A stretch of 64,000 bases of DNA from Hormiphora californensis (Eukaryota > Animalia > Ctenophora). A program made the position numbers and the translations under genes. The notes under the pieces are model-generated. The model had not been told where the DNA came from. It did not search any database and worked only from the letters and a program-made list of their open reading frames with translations. The number at the start of each line of letters is the position of its first letter. Position 1 is the stretch's first letter. Where the stretch lies: NCBI GenBank assembly GCA_020137815.1, contig CM035353.1:7998001-8062000 (forward strand). Reading direction: 5' to 3'. Below, in pieces: positions 1-24,790 of this stretch.

Positions 1-2
1 CC

Positions 3-800
3 CGGATCTCCAACTCTATTCCGGCTCTACTGATAACCTGTCTTTGTGGGGTGTATCTTGTCCTTGGTGTGTTCATTTCTACCAGCTGGACCTATTTTAT
101 TGTTAAAGACACCCCAAATCAGGACTTCTACTATCATAATGCAACTGCATTTGATCAGGTCTACACTTTCATGTACTACTCGGGAAATCTCTGCTCTACT
201 GCTCTGCTGTATCTTATGGCGTTCTCCCGGTATCGAGCACTCGTGGACCCATTTGATCCTGTCCAATACAAAGAGATCTTGAGAAAAGTTATTGGCTTTG
301 GTATTGCAACTGTAGTTATGTGTCTGGCTGCAGCCTCTGTTACTGTTTTTACCGCCGATGATTTGCTATTAGCCCCAAAGTTTAGCCAGGTAGTTGATAG
401 CTACTGGTATATGTTCACTGATCTATTGATGCTAGCTCTCCTTATCTCCTCTCTGGATCACACATGGCGGACTATTAAATTGTTGCGTCAAGCAGACGAC
501 ACACCTGAGGAGACCAGAGAGCAGCGGAGGAATGGTGTTAAGATGGTGTTAGTCCTGGTTGGAGGGCAGATAGTGCAAGTTATCCTTGGAATTATTTGGC
601 TGTTTACCCGCGGGCCATACTTCGAGGTAACGTTGTATTGTCTATTCCAGTGTTTCCAGGCAAGTTACACTGCAGTTGCCCTTCTGGTTGTGGATAAAGG
701 GACTCAGTCGGAAGTGCGGAAAATGCTGGCCTCTGTGAATAAACCGGAAAATAACAACGAGAGTGCTGTGGTAACAGCCATAGAAACTGTTCTGGAATGA
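3..800 (+). CDS. Intronless rhodopsin-like (class A) GPCR, 5' part outside window
   Basis: Frame is open from base 3 to TGA at 798-800. It has several hydrophobic helices, a DRY-like 'LMAFSRYRALVDPF' after TM3, a basic ICL3-TM6 'EQRRNGVKMVLVLV' and a helix-8-like 'SEVRKML'. Confidence 0.7.
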   Translation, partial: RISNSIPALLITCLCGVYLVLGVFISTSWTYFIVKDTPNQDFYYHNATAFDQVYTFMYYSGNLCSTALLYLMAFSRYRALVDPFDPVQYKEILRKVIGFGIATVVMCLAAASVTVFTADDLLLAPKFSQVVDSYWYMFTDLLMLALLISSLDHTWRTIKLLRQADDTPEETREQRRNGVKMVLVLVGGQIVQVILGIIWLFTRGPYFEVTLYCLFQCFQASYTAVALLVVDKGTQSEVRKMLASVNKPENNNESAVVTAIETVLE

Positions 801-1074
801 TATGTTCCATGTAGAACAAGGAACTGCAGTGCCTGGACACTGTTATAATGATAGTACATGTAGAGTGGTTTCGTGACGATATAGTGGAACAAAACTAAAC
901 TTAGCTGACTTAAGAGATGCATTTTCATTTGAAACACTCGTAAGCAAAATATATTTGGAGTGCCAACTTTCAATATCAAGCTCAGAGTACTTGTACTTGT
1001 AGTAACACATGTGTCTTGCTCTATATATAAGACACCCCTGGACTTCAGTTCCAAGATGAGGATTCGAGGAACCG

Positions 1075-1171
1075 CACCCCTCTCAGCACCTGCCACCCGT
1101 CATAACTCATAGCACCTGCCACCTGCCAGTCTGCCACCCCTCATAGCACCTGCCACCCCTCATAGCACCTG
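1075..1171. repeat. Minisatellite, ~19-bp unit (ctcatagcacctgccaccc), ~4 copies
   Basis: Direct repeats visible in the sequence. Confidence 0.8.
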
Positions 1172-3061
1172 GTGTCAGTCAAGTGATAAGTTATAGCGAG
1201 GCCCAAATTGTAAAGAAGCTCTAAAACACACTAACTGAAGATGAGCTATATATGCGTATAAAAAGCAGGGAGAGTTCATTTGATATATAAAGAGTCAAAT
1301 ATATATAGTGTCAGAGAGAAATATTTACACAGCTGTGCGTCCTAGAATTAGTATAGAGTGATTAACTATAATTATTGTAAAAACTACACGGAGCCGAAAT
1401 GTAAAATCTCAGCCACGTAGAATCTAACTTCAATGGAAGGTAGCCGGGCTACTAAATTTAACGGAAGAGAGAGAGGAGGTATTACAAGTTATTCGAGTCA
1501 TTACTTAATTTACTGGCATTATAAATGCAGAGAGACAGCCTAGAGTACAGTCTGTGCTATATTGACTATGCAACAGTTATATCACAAACTTCAATGTATA
1601 AAGAGCGAATATTCAACGAGAAAGGGTATAAAAGCAGGCCAGAGAGAGAAGCTGCTGTAAAACATCTAGGCCCACCCAGCTACACTGTGGAAGTACTACT
1701 TAATTAGCAATTAATTGGGCGCAGGAGGGTGTGGGCAAGTAGAATGCAAATACTTCGCGTGTTATATATATTCATGTGTGTGAGTGTAGAGGTGTGTTAG
1801 ACTATTGCAAGGAGGTGAGAGAGGTGAGAGTGTCAGTTATTTTGACACCAAACATGGCAAACTGTAAAATGTGCACAAGCAACATATGAAACATGTTCAT
1901 GTGTTGCTCCTGTATAGCTTCATGTCGTTACGACGTTGTGGGCACACGTGTAAAACAATTGAGCTGATTTCAATGGTGCTAATTCGACAATGCTGCTTCA
2001 CGCTTCTACACCACAAACACCAGTGAAAATAGGGCAGACAGTGGGAGAGAGAGAGCCGGAAAAAGATTTGCAATCACCATTTTTGGCATCATCTATATGC
2101 ATTTGAGTCATCTGCTGTGTGTGAGAGAGAATCATCTATAGATTTCGCCTCTTAATTGGATGTTCTATTAATTAAGGAAGCATCTGACCACCTGACCAAG
2201 TCACATGACTCTCTCACGATCTCTCTCCCCAATCTCTCTCTCGCTGCTCACTGCTGGCACACGCATATCATATAAAGCTGTCTGGAGCACCAGGAATAAT
2301 ATGGCAAGATTGGGTGGAGTCATATGGACTGCAACAATAACAGCTAGTAGAAACAAAGAGGTTGTTGCAGACTGGATCAATGTTGCAGACTGGATTGCAG
2401 ACTCCACTACTAGATTCAAACTATTGAAACAATAGAGGTACCTGGAAGGAAGGGAATTGAGACAAAGAAAGCAAATAAGATGACGAAGGGAAGACAATGG
2501 GTAGGCAGGATTTGGGCATCGCTCGAGAGGACCACATCACATACTTATGTTTTATCCAGTAACCGTATCATAAGCAATGCCTACTATATAATATCGTCTA
2601 GAATTTAGTTTACCAAAGCACTATCCTAGATGGAATTCCATATATTATTTAACAGCTCAACGACGTGCTACATGCATCCTAAAATAGTTCCAAGCCTTTT
2701 AGTATTACCACCACCTTGCAGGAGGGAAGAGGTAAAAGTGTGTACAAGCTGTAACACAGTCAAAAATAGAACCCACACACGTACCAAGAACTCATCAGCT
2801 GAGTGAGTCGACGAAAAAGGAGACGATAAGAAGGTAGCATGCACACATTGAGAACTGAGAAAGGGAGAGAGAGATGATAAAAAGAAGGCCAAGGAGAGAT
2901 AGAAAGATAGAAAGATAGAGAGATGATAAGACAGGTGACGAAAGGAGCAAGACTCACTACTGAGCTAGCTTCTTCTATCATACTCCTGAATTCTTAGTTT
3001 TCTACAATTCGCCATCTTCTCACTTCAGTTCCTGGACGTTCTCTCGACCAATTTCTCTGCT

Positions 3062-3102
<41 letters not shown>

Positions 3103-4025
3103 CTCTGATCACTATCTCGTTCTCATGCAAAGACCACGTGTTTCGTAAAGAGTAACAGAGTCTGACGACACATCTCGTTCTGCTGAGACCTGAGAGTCTC
3201 TCTCATTCTCTATTTTCTCTCTCTCCCTCTCTCCCTCTCTCCCTCTCTAGTGTCGACGTCAAAGCCAAGCACACATAATCTAGATAATTGCAGCAGTCCA
3301 CCCGATACAATTGAACACTCAGCAAATGTAGGCATTGTCAGAATCATAATAGTGATCAGGTATCTTTAGCCCATAATGTGAGGTCTGCAGAGCTACAATA
3401 CTGATCAGTGTAGCGGCTGGAAAACCCGAAGAGAAAAAGTGGCATGGTACTGATAAGTTTGTAATGTCGGCTAGTGACAAAGGCATAGATTACCACAAAC
3501 ACTTGGCGCCAGTCTCGATACAATTAACCTAAAATCTGTACCGTAGTAGAATATTGGACTCGATTTGTGCATCAGACTGGTCCTGTGTGTAGGTAGATAA
3601 TATGTATTTGGTCACAAAAAATATACTTCTATCCTCTTCCTTGCAGAGTGTTATAATGCACTGCGTGAAAGTAAATTGTATTTAATTGACAGACATGTCA
3701 GCTCCTAGATGGACAGAATGATTATTGAAATTTAATGATCCATTAAGATATATCTCACATGAGATCTGTATTGAGCGATTAAATTCCTGTCGGACGGAGA
3801 ACGGATGAGTGAGGGAGACGAAAAGAAGAGATACTCGTGTGATATAATGGGAGATATTCAAAGGAGTAGAAGAGATAGTAACTGTGAGTACGCGAGAGAG
3901 GTAGAAGAATAATGTGCTTAAATTAATCGGATTGAAGCACAATATAGTTACAAGACAACATTATAAATCATTCACGATGGTCAAAGCGAGCAACTCTCAT
4001 CTCACCTGTGCTGCTTAATGAATAT

Positions 4026-4029
<4 letters not shown>

Positions 4030-4102
<73 letters not shown>
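4030..4102. repeat. (AG)n microsatellite; similar tracts at ~14600-14760, 23550-23667, 30690-30883, 31927-31990, 52061-52135, 52650-52745, 56030-56150, 60062-60174, 60330-60380
   Basis: Dinucleotide runs. They account for the spurious ERER/LSLS ORFs in the ORF track. Confidence 0.95.
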
Positions 4103-4105
<3 letters not shown>

Positions 4106-5974
4106 AGAGAGAATAAGTAATAGCCATTATACCAGGTGAAGGACTGAGAACAATCGAAGCTAGCTGTCATTACTGATTGCGTTCTGGCTTACACTGATTG
4201 GAAAATGTACAACTAGTAAAGACCAATTGATATACACTCGAACCGAAACGACGCCTGTTTCCGCTTATAGACACTTGCGTAACTTATAGACAGACTGAGA
4301 GAGCCGAGAGGTAGATGCAGAGAGAGGAGGAGAGAGATAGAGAGGGTAGAATAGTAACTTCCGGGGGTTAATATTGGCACTTCATCGAGAGCCATATAAA
4401 GGGCTGCACAACTCAGCAGATAGTATAAGAGAGAGAGAGATAGAGAGATAGAGAAAGCTATAAATGAACATAAATGTAATATGGAGTAAAGTTCATAGAA
4501 GGGTATTCCAAGTTTGCCTTCGTTACCGGTGACGAAAGCAAACTTGAAAAACTTGTCTACCGCCATACCGGTACCTCCCTACTGAAGCTGGTTGTTGAGC
4601 CTCACTACATCCCTTACTCAACAAGACTGTTGGTGACATAGACACCTGGCGCACCTGTGAGCTCAAACTCGGTCGCGCCAGGTGTCTGTATGTCACCAAG
4701 GTAGACTGGTGCAAATGAGGGAACCGTTTTCAGTAAGACAGCCTCACTTATACGGACATTGGACCTTTGATAGCGCAGGAACGAAATATGTTTAAAGTTA
4801 AAGCAAGCTTCCAGAAATCTCATGAATATTCCTTTACAAAATTGAAGAGGAACTGTTTACTGGGAGGTACAGTGTTGTAAACAAATGGTAGTCGATCTAT
4901 TCAAAACGAACACATCCATAAGATTCAGTGGGGATTCAGTATTTTGAAACAATGGACCGTGGGGTCTTAGGATTGCAAACAGTAAGATCAAAATTTAAAT
5001 TTCTATCAAAGGAATCCTAGCTAGTGGCTGCTGTAATACAGTTTTAATATTTTATGCAATCGGATGGGGACGTATTAGATTTACTGCAGAGATACTAAAA
5101 CACAAAGACGTGTCACACTGTCGTCATGGAAACGTGTCAATAACAGCGGGGGGGGGGGGGCTAATAGCGGGTGGGGGGGACTAACAGCGTTACTTGATAG
5201 GATCTGGAGCTGGGAGATGCTAGAAGGAGACAACACTACAATAGACATACAGTGCAGCAGTTGAAGGAATGATTTTATCATATCCACTTCAACTGTCACA
5301 CGTATAGGTAGCCAGGTGCGTCAGAGAAAGGAAAAAGAATCGTTACCGAACTTGTGGACACAGCGGACAGCCGATAAATAGGGCTGCTGCAGTGTTGTAA
5401 CTGCAATTCGATTTTGAAGTCCTCACGCTATCTCTATTATAATTTGGAGATGAACGTCGTGGTCGTTCGTTCAGCGGTATCTAAGCGACATACTGCTCCT
5501 TCATAAAACACTCTATGTGCCAAAAGCTGTGAAGCAGTGGTGAAATTACGTAACTACGGAAGCTAAGATGGAAGTAGCGCCGCGCACACACAGATGCTGC
5601 TCACAACGATTGCTTTAACTTCTACTTCCGCCGCGCGCGTTCATGGCATGACCACTTCGTCACATAATTTTGTTCATGTTGCTATGGGCACTGATTTAGT
5701 TGTTTTGGGTCCTCTTGATGTGTGCTCACTGCTCCTGCTATCCGATCACATTTCATCTCATCAGAACCCCAGCCCTGTCAGTGTCACATATCTCACAGTC
5801 ATCAGCTCTGTACACTGCACAGTGTCACATGTTTAAATTACCACACCCATCATTATGGGAGTGTCGAATTGAACTCTAAATCAGATGGCAAACCCAAAGC
5901 GTTATGTTTAACACACGGCCCTCTTTTTGGAGCAGTTGTTTTTACTTTGCTGGCAGTTTGTGATCATTTCGGAA

Positions 5975-6200
5975 CATAATTTAGCAATTCAGTCTCCATA
6001 GTTACCGAGTTAGTTGCCATGGCAACCATTGGATTGGTGACATATATGTGGGAAAAAGAGGGCCACCCGGCGCAGCCGGGTGGGTTATCAAAAAGCCCTT
6101 ATTTGGGGCGCACCCAATGGGTGCGCTAGTAGTTTCAATATTTAGAAGTTCAGAACTGTAAATAATTCCAAAAATACCACGCATGGTAACCATGGTAACG
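5975..6200. repeat. Dispersed repeat fragment carrying an RFX X-box-like palindrome; related copy at ~16843-16890
   Basis: caattcagtctccatagttaccgagttagttgccatggcaacca versus caattcagtacccatagttaccgattttgctgccatggcaacca. Confidence 0.55.
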
Positions 6201-7560
6201 TAGGAACTACAGGAAGATTACAGGTGTGATCTAGAAGGCACTGAAAATACAATCATCATTACGGGGAAGCTAGTAATCTGGAGATATTGCTATTGCACTG
6301 CATGTAGAGAGAGATAGATCGCTCTATTGTCATGTGTTAGATTGCAATACACGAACATGAATCACACATCAGTACGTGTACATCCAGAGGATCACAGAGA
6401 CTAGAGACTAGAGAGGGAGGTATAGAGGATCACAATGCGTGAGAGAAATGACTATTGGACATTAGACAGAAAGCTCTATAAAGACATGAAGTGAGAGTGA
6501 GGTGGGTAAGACGTGAAATGAAAAATGGAAGCGACACGAAGTTCCAAATGATGCTAAGAGAAAGTAAATTAAAGGGTTTAGGAAAAAAGTGTACAGGTGC
6601 TCATGACATGATTTTGATAAAAGCAGAGATACACACTCTCGTTTAGAAATGTCACCTATGACGTGGAGCAATATGAGCCCGGTGCAGCATGTGGAGTGAA
6701 AACACCTTGTGCAAGATGCCCATTAGCAGTACAATGCAGAGAGAGGGAGAGAGAAGGAAGAGACTAGAGAGAGAGGGAGAGAGAGAGGGGGAGAGAGCTA
6801 GAGAGAAGGAAGAGTGAGAGAGGGAGTAGCACGACCGCCGCTTGGGTTGGTAGGAATAATGCACAAGCTTTTGTCTTCGCACACACACATATACACACAA
6901 GCGTGTTCTCCTCTTGGAACGATGAGAAAAGGTTCCTCCATGGAGTATGTGACAACCAATGTGCAGCGGCTCAGATAAAATAAGAAGCTGCAATATTATA
7001 GGAAGGACATACCCCCGATTATTACTCCTTTGAACTAGGTAAGCGGTAAATGTTAACCAGATCTGTGAGAATACGTGCGTGCACCGCGCGTTTGCGCTGC
7101 AATGTCGCGCGCGGCCTGGAATATCAGCTCAACTCAGTTCAAGCTCAACTTTTTTTGAAAAATTCCAAGAAACTTTTTTTACTTTTCTGTTTTCTGAAAC
7201 CAATTGTTTTCAGACTTGGATCGATTGCTGGAGTCCCGGTATCAGAAGTTGAAGATTTTCGGGAATACAATTCCTACTGAAATATCACTGGAACACCCAA
7301 AGATATTTCAAAATCTAAAAATTGTGGCATTATAAGTGAAATGGATTATGATCACCATGTCCAAGCTGTGTTTAAGTTTCTTAACCTTTTGGAACGCTTG
7401 CAATTAGTAATTTTTTTACATCAAGAATCTGAATAGCGGCAAATTTCTGAGACTTCTGATACCGGTTCTCATTTCTCAACTCTCAAGTTCCCACTCACCA
7501 CTGTTCCGATTCCATCCAAACCTCACTCAACACATCACCATTCATCTAGATCTGATTTTC

Positions 7561-10225
7561 ATGCCAAACCGAATGTCAGAATCAGATTCTGACAGCGATT
7601 TTGTAAGTAACATGTATATTTTTCCTCAGATCGAAGCCTAATCGAAGCCTAATTGTTGATTGTGCCAACCTTTTGATTGTCATAAAATGTGAGTTTTATA
7701 TACTTCCATATATAGTACTAATGTTAGATTGATTAGGGAACGCTGACATCATCTCTCACTTTCTCCCTACCCATGTTGTACGCTCTGGGCTTCCTGACAA
7801 TGTCAGGGAGGTGCAGTGCTGTTCCAGAAACTCATCATGTGAAAACTTGGCTGCTATGTAATTTGCTGCGTAATTCCAAAAAATCCGACTTTAGTTTTGT
7901 GTTTCTACAAAGTACGATTTGAGCATTGCTAATCCAATTTCAGGTGGATTTTGCCCCTAAGAGGACAAGGATACCAAGTCCAACTCCAGCAACAACTACA
8001 GCAACAAATGCAGCAGCAACTCCAGCAACAACTTCTTCAACTGACGTAGGTTAACATATTGTCACAATTAACAATAAGTTCAGTTAAATTTTTGTCCTCT
8101 AACACACTTTGTAACACTTTGTAACACTTTGTAACATGTAACACGCACAAAAAGTAACACTTTGTAACACTTTGTAACACTTTGTAACATGTAACACGCA
8201 CAAAAAGTTTTCTACACATGTTACAAAGTGTTACAAAATGTTACAAAGTGTTACAAAATGTTACAAAATGTTACAAAGTGTTACATATTTCATATGGCTT
8301 AAAACCGGTCCGTACACCCGATTTTGAGCTGATATGTTGTATAAAACACCATGAAACAGTGTTTTCCCTATTTAATTCTTGCTCAGATCTCTTTATTCAG
8401 AATAATCAATTAATCTGCCTGTGTGTGGGGGACGGGGTAGGGAGCAGGGTTCTAGGAGAAATTGTGATGTGTATTGTGCTATCTACTACCGAACTCTTTT
8501 TCAGCGTTGGTGCCTCAGCTACCGAGAGAATAGGATAGACTGTTCGAATACGAACAACGGGGTAGAGCGGCTCAACCGTTCAGTCAAAGAGGCTCTTGGG
8601 GGAAAGGGCAGACAGTACATGATGTCCGACACTATCGAGGTATGTACATATTATGTATATGAGGCATAAACTCTGGCCACTGGCGCGTTATTTCAGATAA
8701 CTTTCTCCCAGCGCGCCGCTGGGAGAAGTTAGCTGGAGTTTATCCGCCGCTGGCGGATAAACTGGTTTAAATCACGACGACGATCCCGAGGCGGAGCCGA
8801 GGGAGAGGCGGAGGGGTTTAAACCTATAACGTGCCAGTGGTCAGAGTTTATGGGTTATATACCCTGCTTTAGTTGTTTATTTCAAGTATTACACACCAAC
8901 AAGAGAGAGAACACTAATCAAAACACACAAAGAGAACTGAGAAATAGTTAAAAACACGTCCCAATTGAGTGTACACTGTTTGGTAACAGTTACTAAGCAG
9001 TTGCTAAGGAAAGAGAGTGAAAGAAATAGCCTGATAAGGGGCATGTCACAAATAACACAGAGAAAGAGATAGTGAGACAAAAGGGGAGATAAAGAGAGAG
9101 TAATTGACGGAATGTGTCCTTTCTTTCTCTCCAATGTAGTGTGTAAGTGTTGCACATAGTGTTCCCTCTGTATTTTAGTAAGAACTGATCATTTACACAC
9201 ACTTTGAATGTTACGTAGGAGTTAAAAATAAATAACCTGCCAGTGGGAAATAATCTGCCGCTGGACTGGCTGGTTATCGAGAGCGCGCTAGTGGGACTTC
9301 TCGCCACTGGCGCATTATTTAAGTTAGCAGGGTATATACATTCTTCACACACATACACAGTATTATATTTCCCACATATTTACTCCCCTGTCACATCTAT
9401 GTCTCTAGTATGTTTAGCATTAATTATTTGACGATCGTTGTTATCAGGTTCTTCTGACGGAGTTTGATAAGATGAGGCTGGATCACTTGGGAGAACAGCG
9501 GTCAATGGTGGAGAAGATGGTGGCACCGGGACCCCGTGTCCCTTCATTCCTTGTTGAGTCTCCTCCCGTTTTGTGGACGCACTACGTGACAGAGATGAAA
9601 TGCTTCCGTGGCACCGGTTCGTAAACCCTTTACATTTACTAAACTGATTCACTATGTTACTAAGCTAATTCACTGTCCCTTACCTGAGAATATTCTCACA
9701 TCTCAGTTCTCACACACTACAACACTTTCAGATCCTCCTGCTGTAACCAAACGCCGGGATAACCTGTTTGTCGTGGACCACATGGGAAAACGCTACTTCG
9801 TGAATCTCCTCCACCCCAACTGCACTTGCAGGTCCTTCCTCCAGTCCGGGTTTCCCTGCCGTCACATGTTTCGGCTAATCGAGGACGGGCACATCACCTG
9901 GGGGGACCTTCCAAAGGACTATCAGGCGATTCCCTTCTTCTCCAAGGAGGGATCAAATCCCGGAACGTGGCCAACGCTGGTAGCGCCCGACTTCGAGGAG
10001 GTGGATCAAGATGACGAGGTGCCTCAGCCAGCCGAGCCTGCACCGAGCCAGCTGCGTCCAGTCGACCGGATAGCCAACCTTCGGGCAGAAGTGAATGCCA
10101 TATCGGCCTACCTTCTGGAGGACTCTGCAGTTAACATGAATGCAGCTGACGTAGAGGAGCTGGAGCGAGGCATCACTGACTTCAAAAATCAGCTACTGGC
10201 AAAGATGTCCAAGTCAACAGATTAG
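7561..10225 (+). CDS. Spliced MULE transposase derivative, 313 aa (exons 7561-7602, 7944-8045, 8505-8639, 9448-9616, 9732-10225)
   Basis: All introns are GT-AG with matching phases and there are no stops (942 nt). It has the MULE 'W..SY...NTNNGVERLNRSVK' catalytic-Glu motif and a SWIM finger 'CTCRSFLQSGFPCRH'. Exons 1-2 are less certain than exons 3-5. Confidence 0.75.
8095..8400. repeat. Dispersed repeat with inverted arrays of gtaacacttt/gttacaaaat; related copy at ~52165-52860
   Basis: 10-bp tandem units occur in both orientations. gtccgtacacccgattttgagctgatatgttg matches the reverse complement of ~52581-52614. Confidence 0.7.
8656..9338. mobile_element. Nested non-autonomous element with cruciform left end (possibly Crypton-like)
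   Basis: Multi-hairpin block at 8665-8852; tatataccctgct (~8856) is inverted against agcagggtatata (~9326-9338); the CC(A/G)CTGG motif recurs; cgaggcggagccgagg core. Confidence 0.5.
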
Positions 10226-11232
10226 TTTTTATTTCACATTTCACATTAATTAAAAGATGATAAATCATGTGTTTTGAACTTGTGGTACAAACTTGTAGTA
10301 CATTACATATTTACATGTACAGAATCCGAAGTCTGGTGGTGGGTAGGTGATCGACGTAACGCGCGGGACACAAACTTGTGATCTTCGCGCGGGTGTGCAC
10401 GTACTCATTCTCTCAGATCTGGTTAACATTTACCGTTTTCCTTTGAACTACTCATACCATATAAATCTGACCCCACCTCCCGACAAAGGGGTGGATTAAT
10501 TTACACGATAAACAAAGGAATTTGTGAATAAATCTGCACTGGGGGGGTGCCAGTAATACATTTAATTTGCAGAAAACAACAAGCTGACCCTACATAAATA
10601 TCCAACTGCTTCAGTAATAAAATGCACAAGTTGTGCAGTGGTGCAGACAGGACGTGTGTGCTCTCCAAAGTGTGATCACGTGACCTTAGCAGATGGCACG
10701 TGACACACCCTGTCAACCAAGGACCACAGATATTACTGGTCATGTGAACATCGTTATCGACTGATAATTACTAAAATTGAGAGGGAGAGAGAGAGGTGTC
10801 TTAGCAAAGAAGAGGAGAGAGAGTGCACAGTATGCCTAGCTGTGAGAGCCTGCAGACACTCACACACAGCTGGTAGAGTTGCTATAAATGCGTGTGTGAG
10901 ATAGTTAGCGAGCTGGGGGACTCCACAATTGCCGAAAATTAGGTGTGGGAATTAGCGGTCTGAGTGCCGTGTTGAAAAGCGTGCTGATAGACACAGCTCT
11001 ATTATGGGGAGAGAACGTGTTGAGAGTTCACCAGGTTGCATACAATCCGGTGAGTAGACAGGAAGTACCATCCTTGTGCTAAGTAAGTAGACAGGTGCTA
11101 GTAGTACCGTTCTACAGCTGCTAATGGATCGTAATCATTGGGTTATTTAATCATTGGGTTATGATGGACCAGTTTGATACAGACTCGACAAGTAATGGAT
11201 AACCATCTTTATTGAATTCGCAAACGGCCAAA

Positions 11233-11270
11233 ATCAATGTCACCGGCCATTAATGGCCGGTGACATTGAT
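11233..11270. repeat. Perfect 38-bp palindrome
   Basis: atcaatgtcaccggccatt|aatggccggtgacattgat. Confidence 0.9.
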
Positions 11271-12163
11271 GAAATTGCATTTCAACTGTACGTTATATTT
11301 CAACTCGCATTTCTTTCCTGTTTCATCCATTAATACAGGGCGGTTCGACCTACGATCAGAGAGATGTCAGATGACATTAATAATAATAATAATTATGAGA
11401 GAGATGGCGGTTACATAAAGAAACTGGATGGTTCAACTGTTATTCTTAACCTGCCCCAGTCACAAGTTCAGAGTGAAGAACAACTGCAGAATCGCGGTCC
11501 AAGTGATTTACAAAGCGGAAACAGCACAGCCCGGGCCATATATAAATCAGGGATCCAGATTATCCCAATATTATTCCAGTTGCTAGTTGCTCTGTTTTGT
11601 AAACGTACTCTAAAAACTCATGCACCTGAGAGAAATTTGATACACCATCAGACCTGAACCACCGTGCTGATAAGAACTGAATAAAATGGAGGACCAGAAA
11701 TTACTCTCAGCGTGTTTGACTTCCTTTGATTTCAGGTATGTACAGCTCCGTTTATACTTTATGTTGTAAGTTGTTTAGAACACGCATTTGCCAAGACTGA
11801 GTTCTTGAATCATATGCCAATCTATTATAGGTGAATACTATTTGTTTCCACAAAGCCATCTATTAAATACTTTTCCAAAAGTCCCGACAAACGGGGAGTA
11901 AGCTTATGGGAAATTGAACATTCTACAAGATACCTTTTACGAGGAAGAAGCCTGGGTAAGCTGTTTAGGGAACTAAATCTCCCTTTAATTACCCCCACTA
12001 ATTCTTTAATTCTCCTCATTAAATAGTAATCCGCTTTCTGAAAAAATACCGGAAATGCTTTAGCTAATCACACTCTCGATGGATAATGATCCGTGAAACT
12101 TGCACCCATGAACATCACAGAATGCTGAAAATTGATTGGTAATTCCTTCCTCTTTCAGAGATA

Positions 12164-19347
<7,184 letters not shown>

Positions 19348-19571
19348 AAACTCAGAGTCTGACTCATCATGTCAAAAAACACTCTCAAAACACTCTCGAT
19401 GTTTACTTTTAATGATTGTAATAAATGTCATTGTCACTACTATTTTAAACTTTGTATATGAAGTATAAGTAAAAGAATTGTATACAATCTGCAACAGTCA
19501 CAGCTAAATAAGTGGGAATATTACACACACAGCATAGACACTACCATATGTGGGAATCACGTGACACCACA

Positions 19572-24790
<5,219 letters not shown>

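Larger units (their letters stand above)
7038..10441 (+). mobile_element. Mutator-like (MULE) DNA transposon, 3.4 kb, internally deleted
   Basis: ~47-bp imperfect TIRs (GGtAAgCGGTAAATGTTAACCAGATCTGtGAGAAT.. / ..ATTCTCTCAGATCTGGTTAACATTTACCGTTTTCC) and a perfect 9-bp TSD tttgaacta at 7029-7037 and 10442-10450. Transposase motifs lie inside. Confidence 0.92.

Noticed and set aside
4213-4566. ITPase/Ham1-like N-terminal motif FVTGNEGKL
   Set aside because: No splice donor after the motif and no downstream ITPase exons found; the rest of the ORF is microsatellite-derived.
11686-11735. Upstream coding exon for the coiled-coil gene
   Set aside because: Good donor, but splicing to 12159 or 12161 gives an early stop; at most a 5' UTR exon or uORF.
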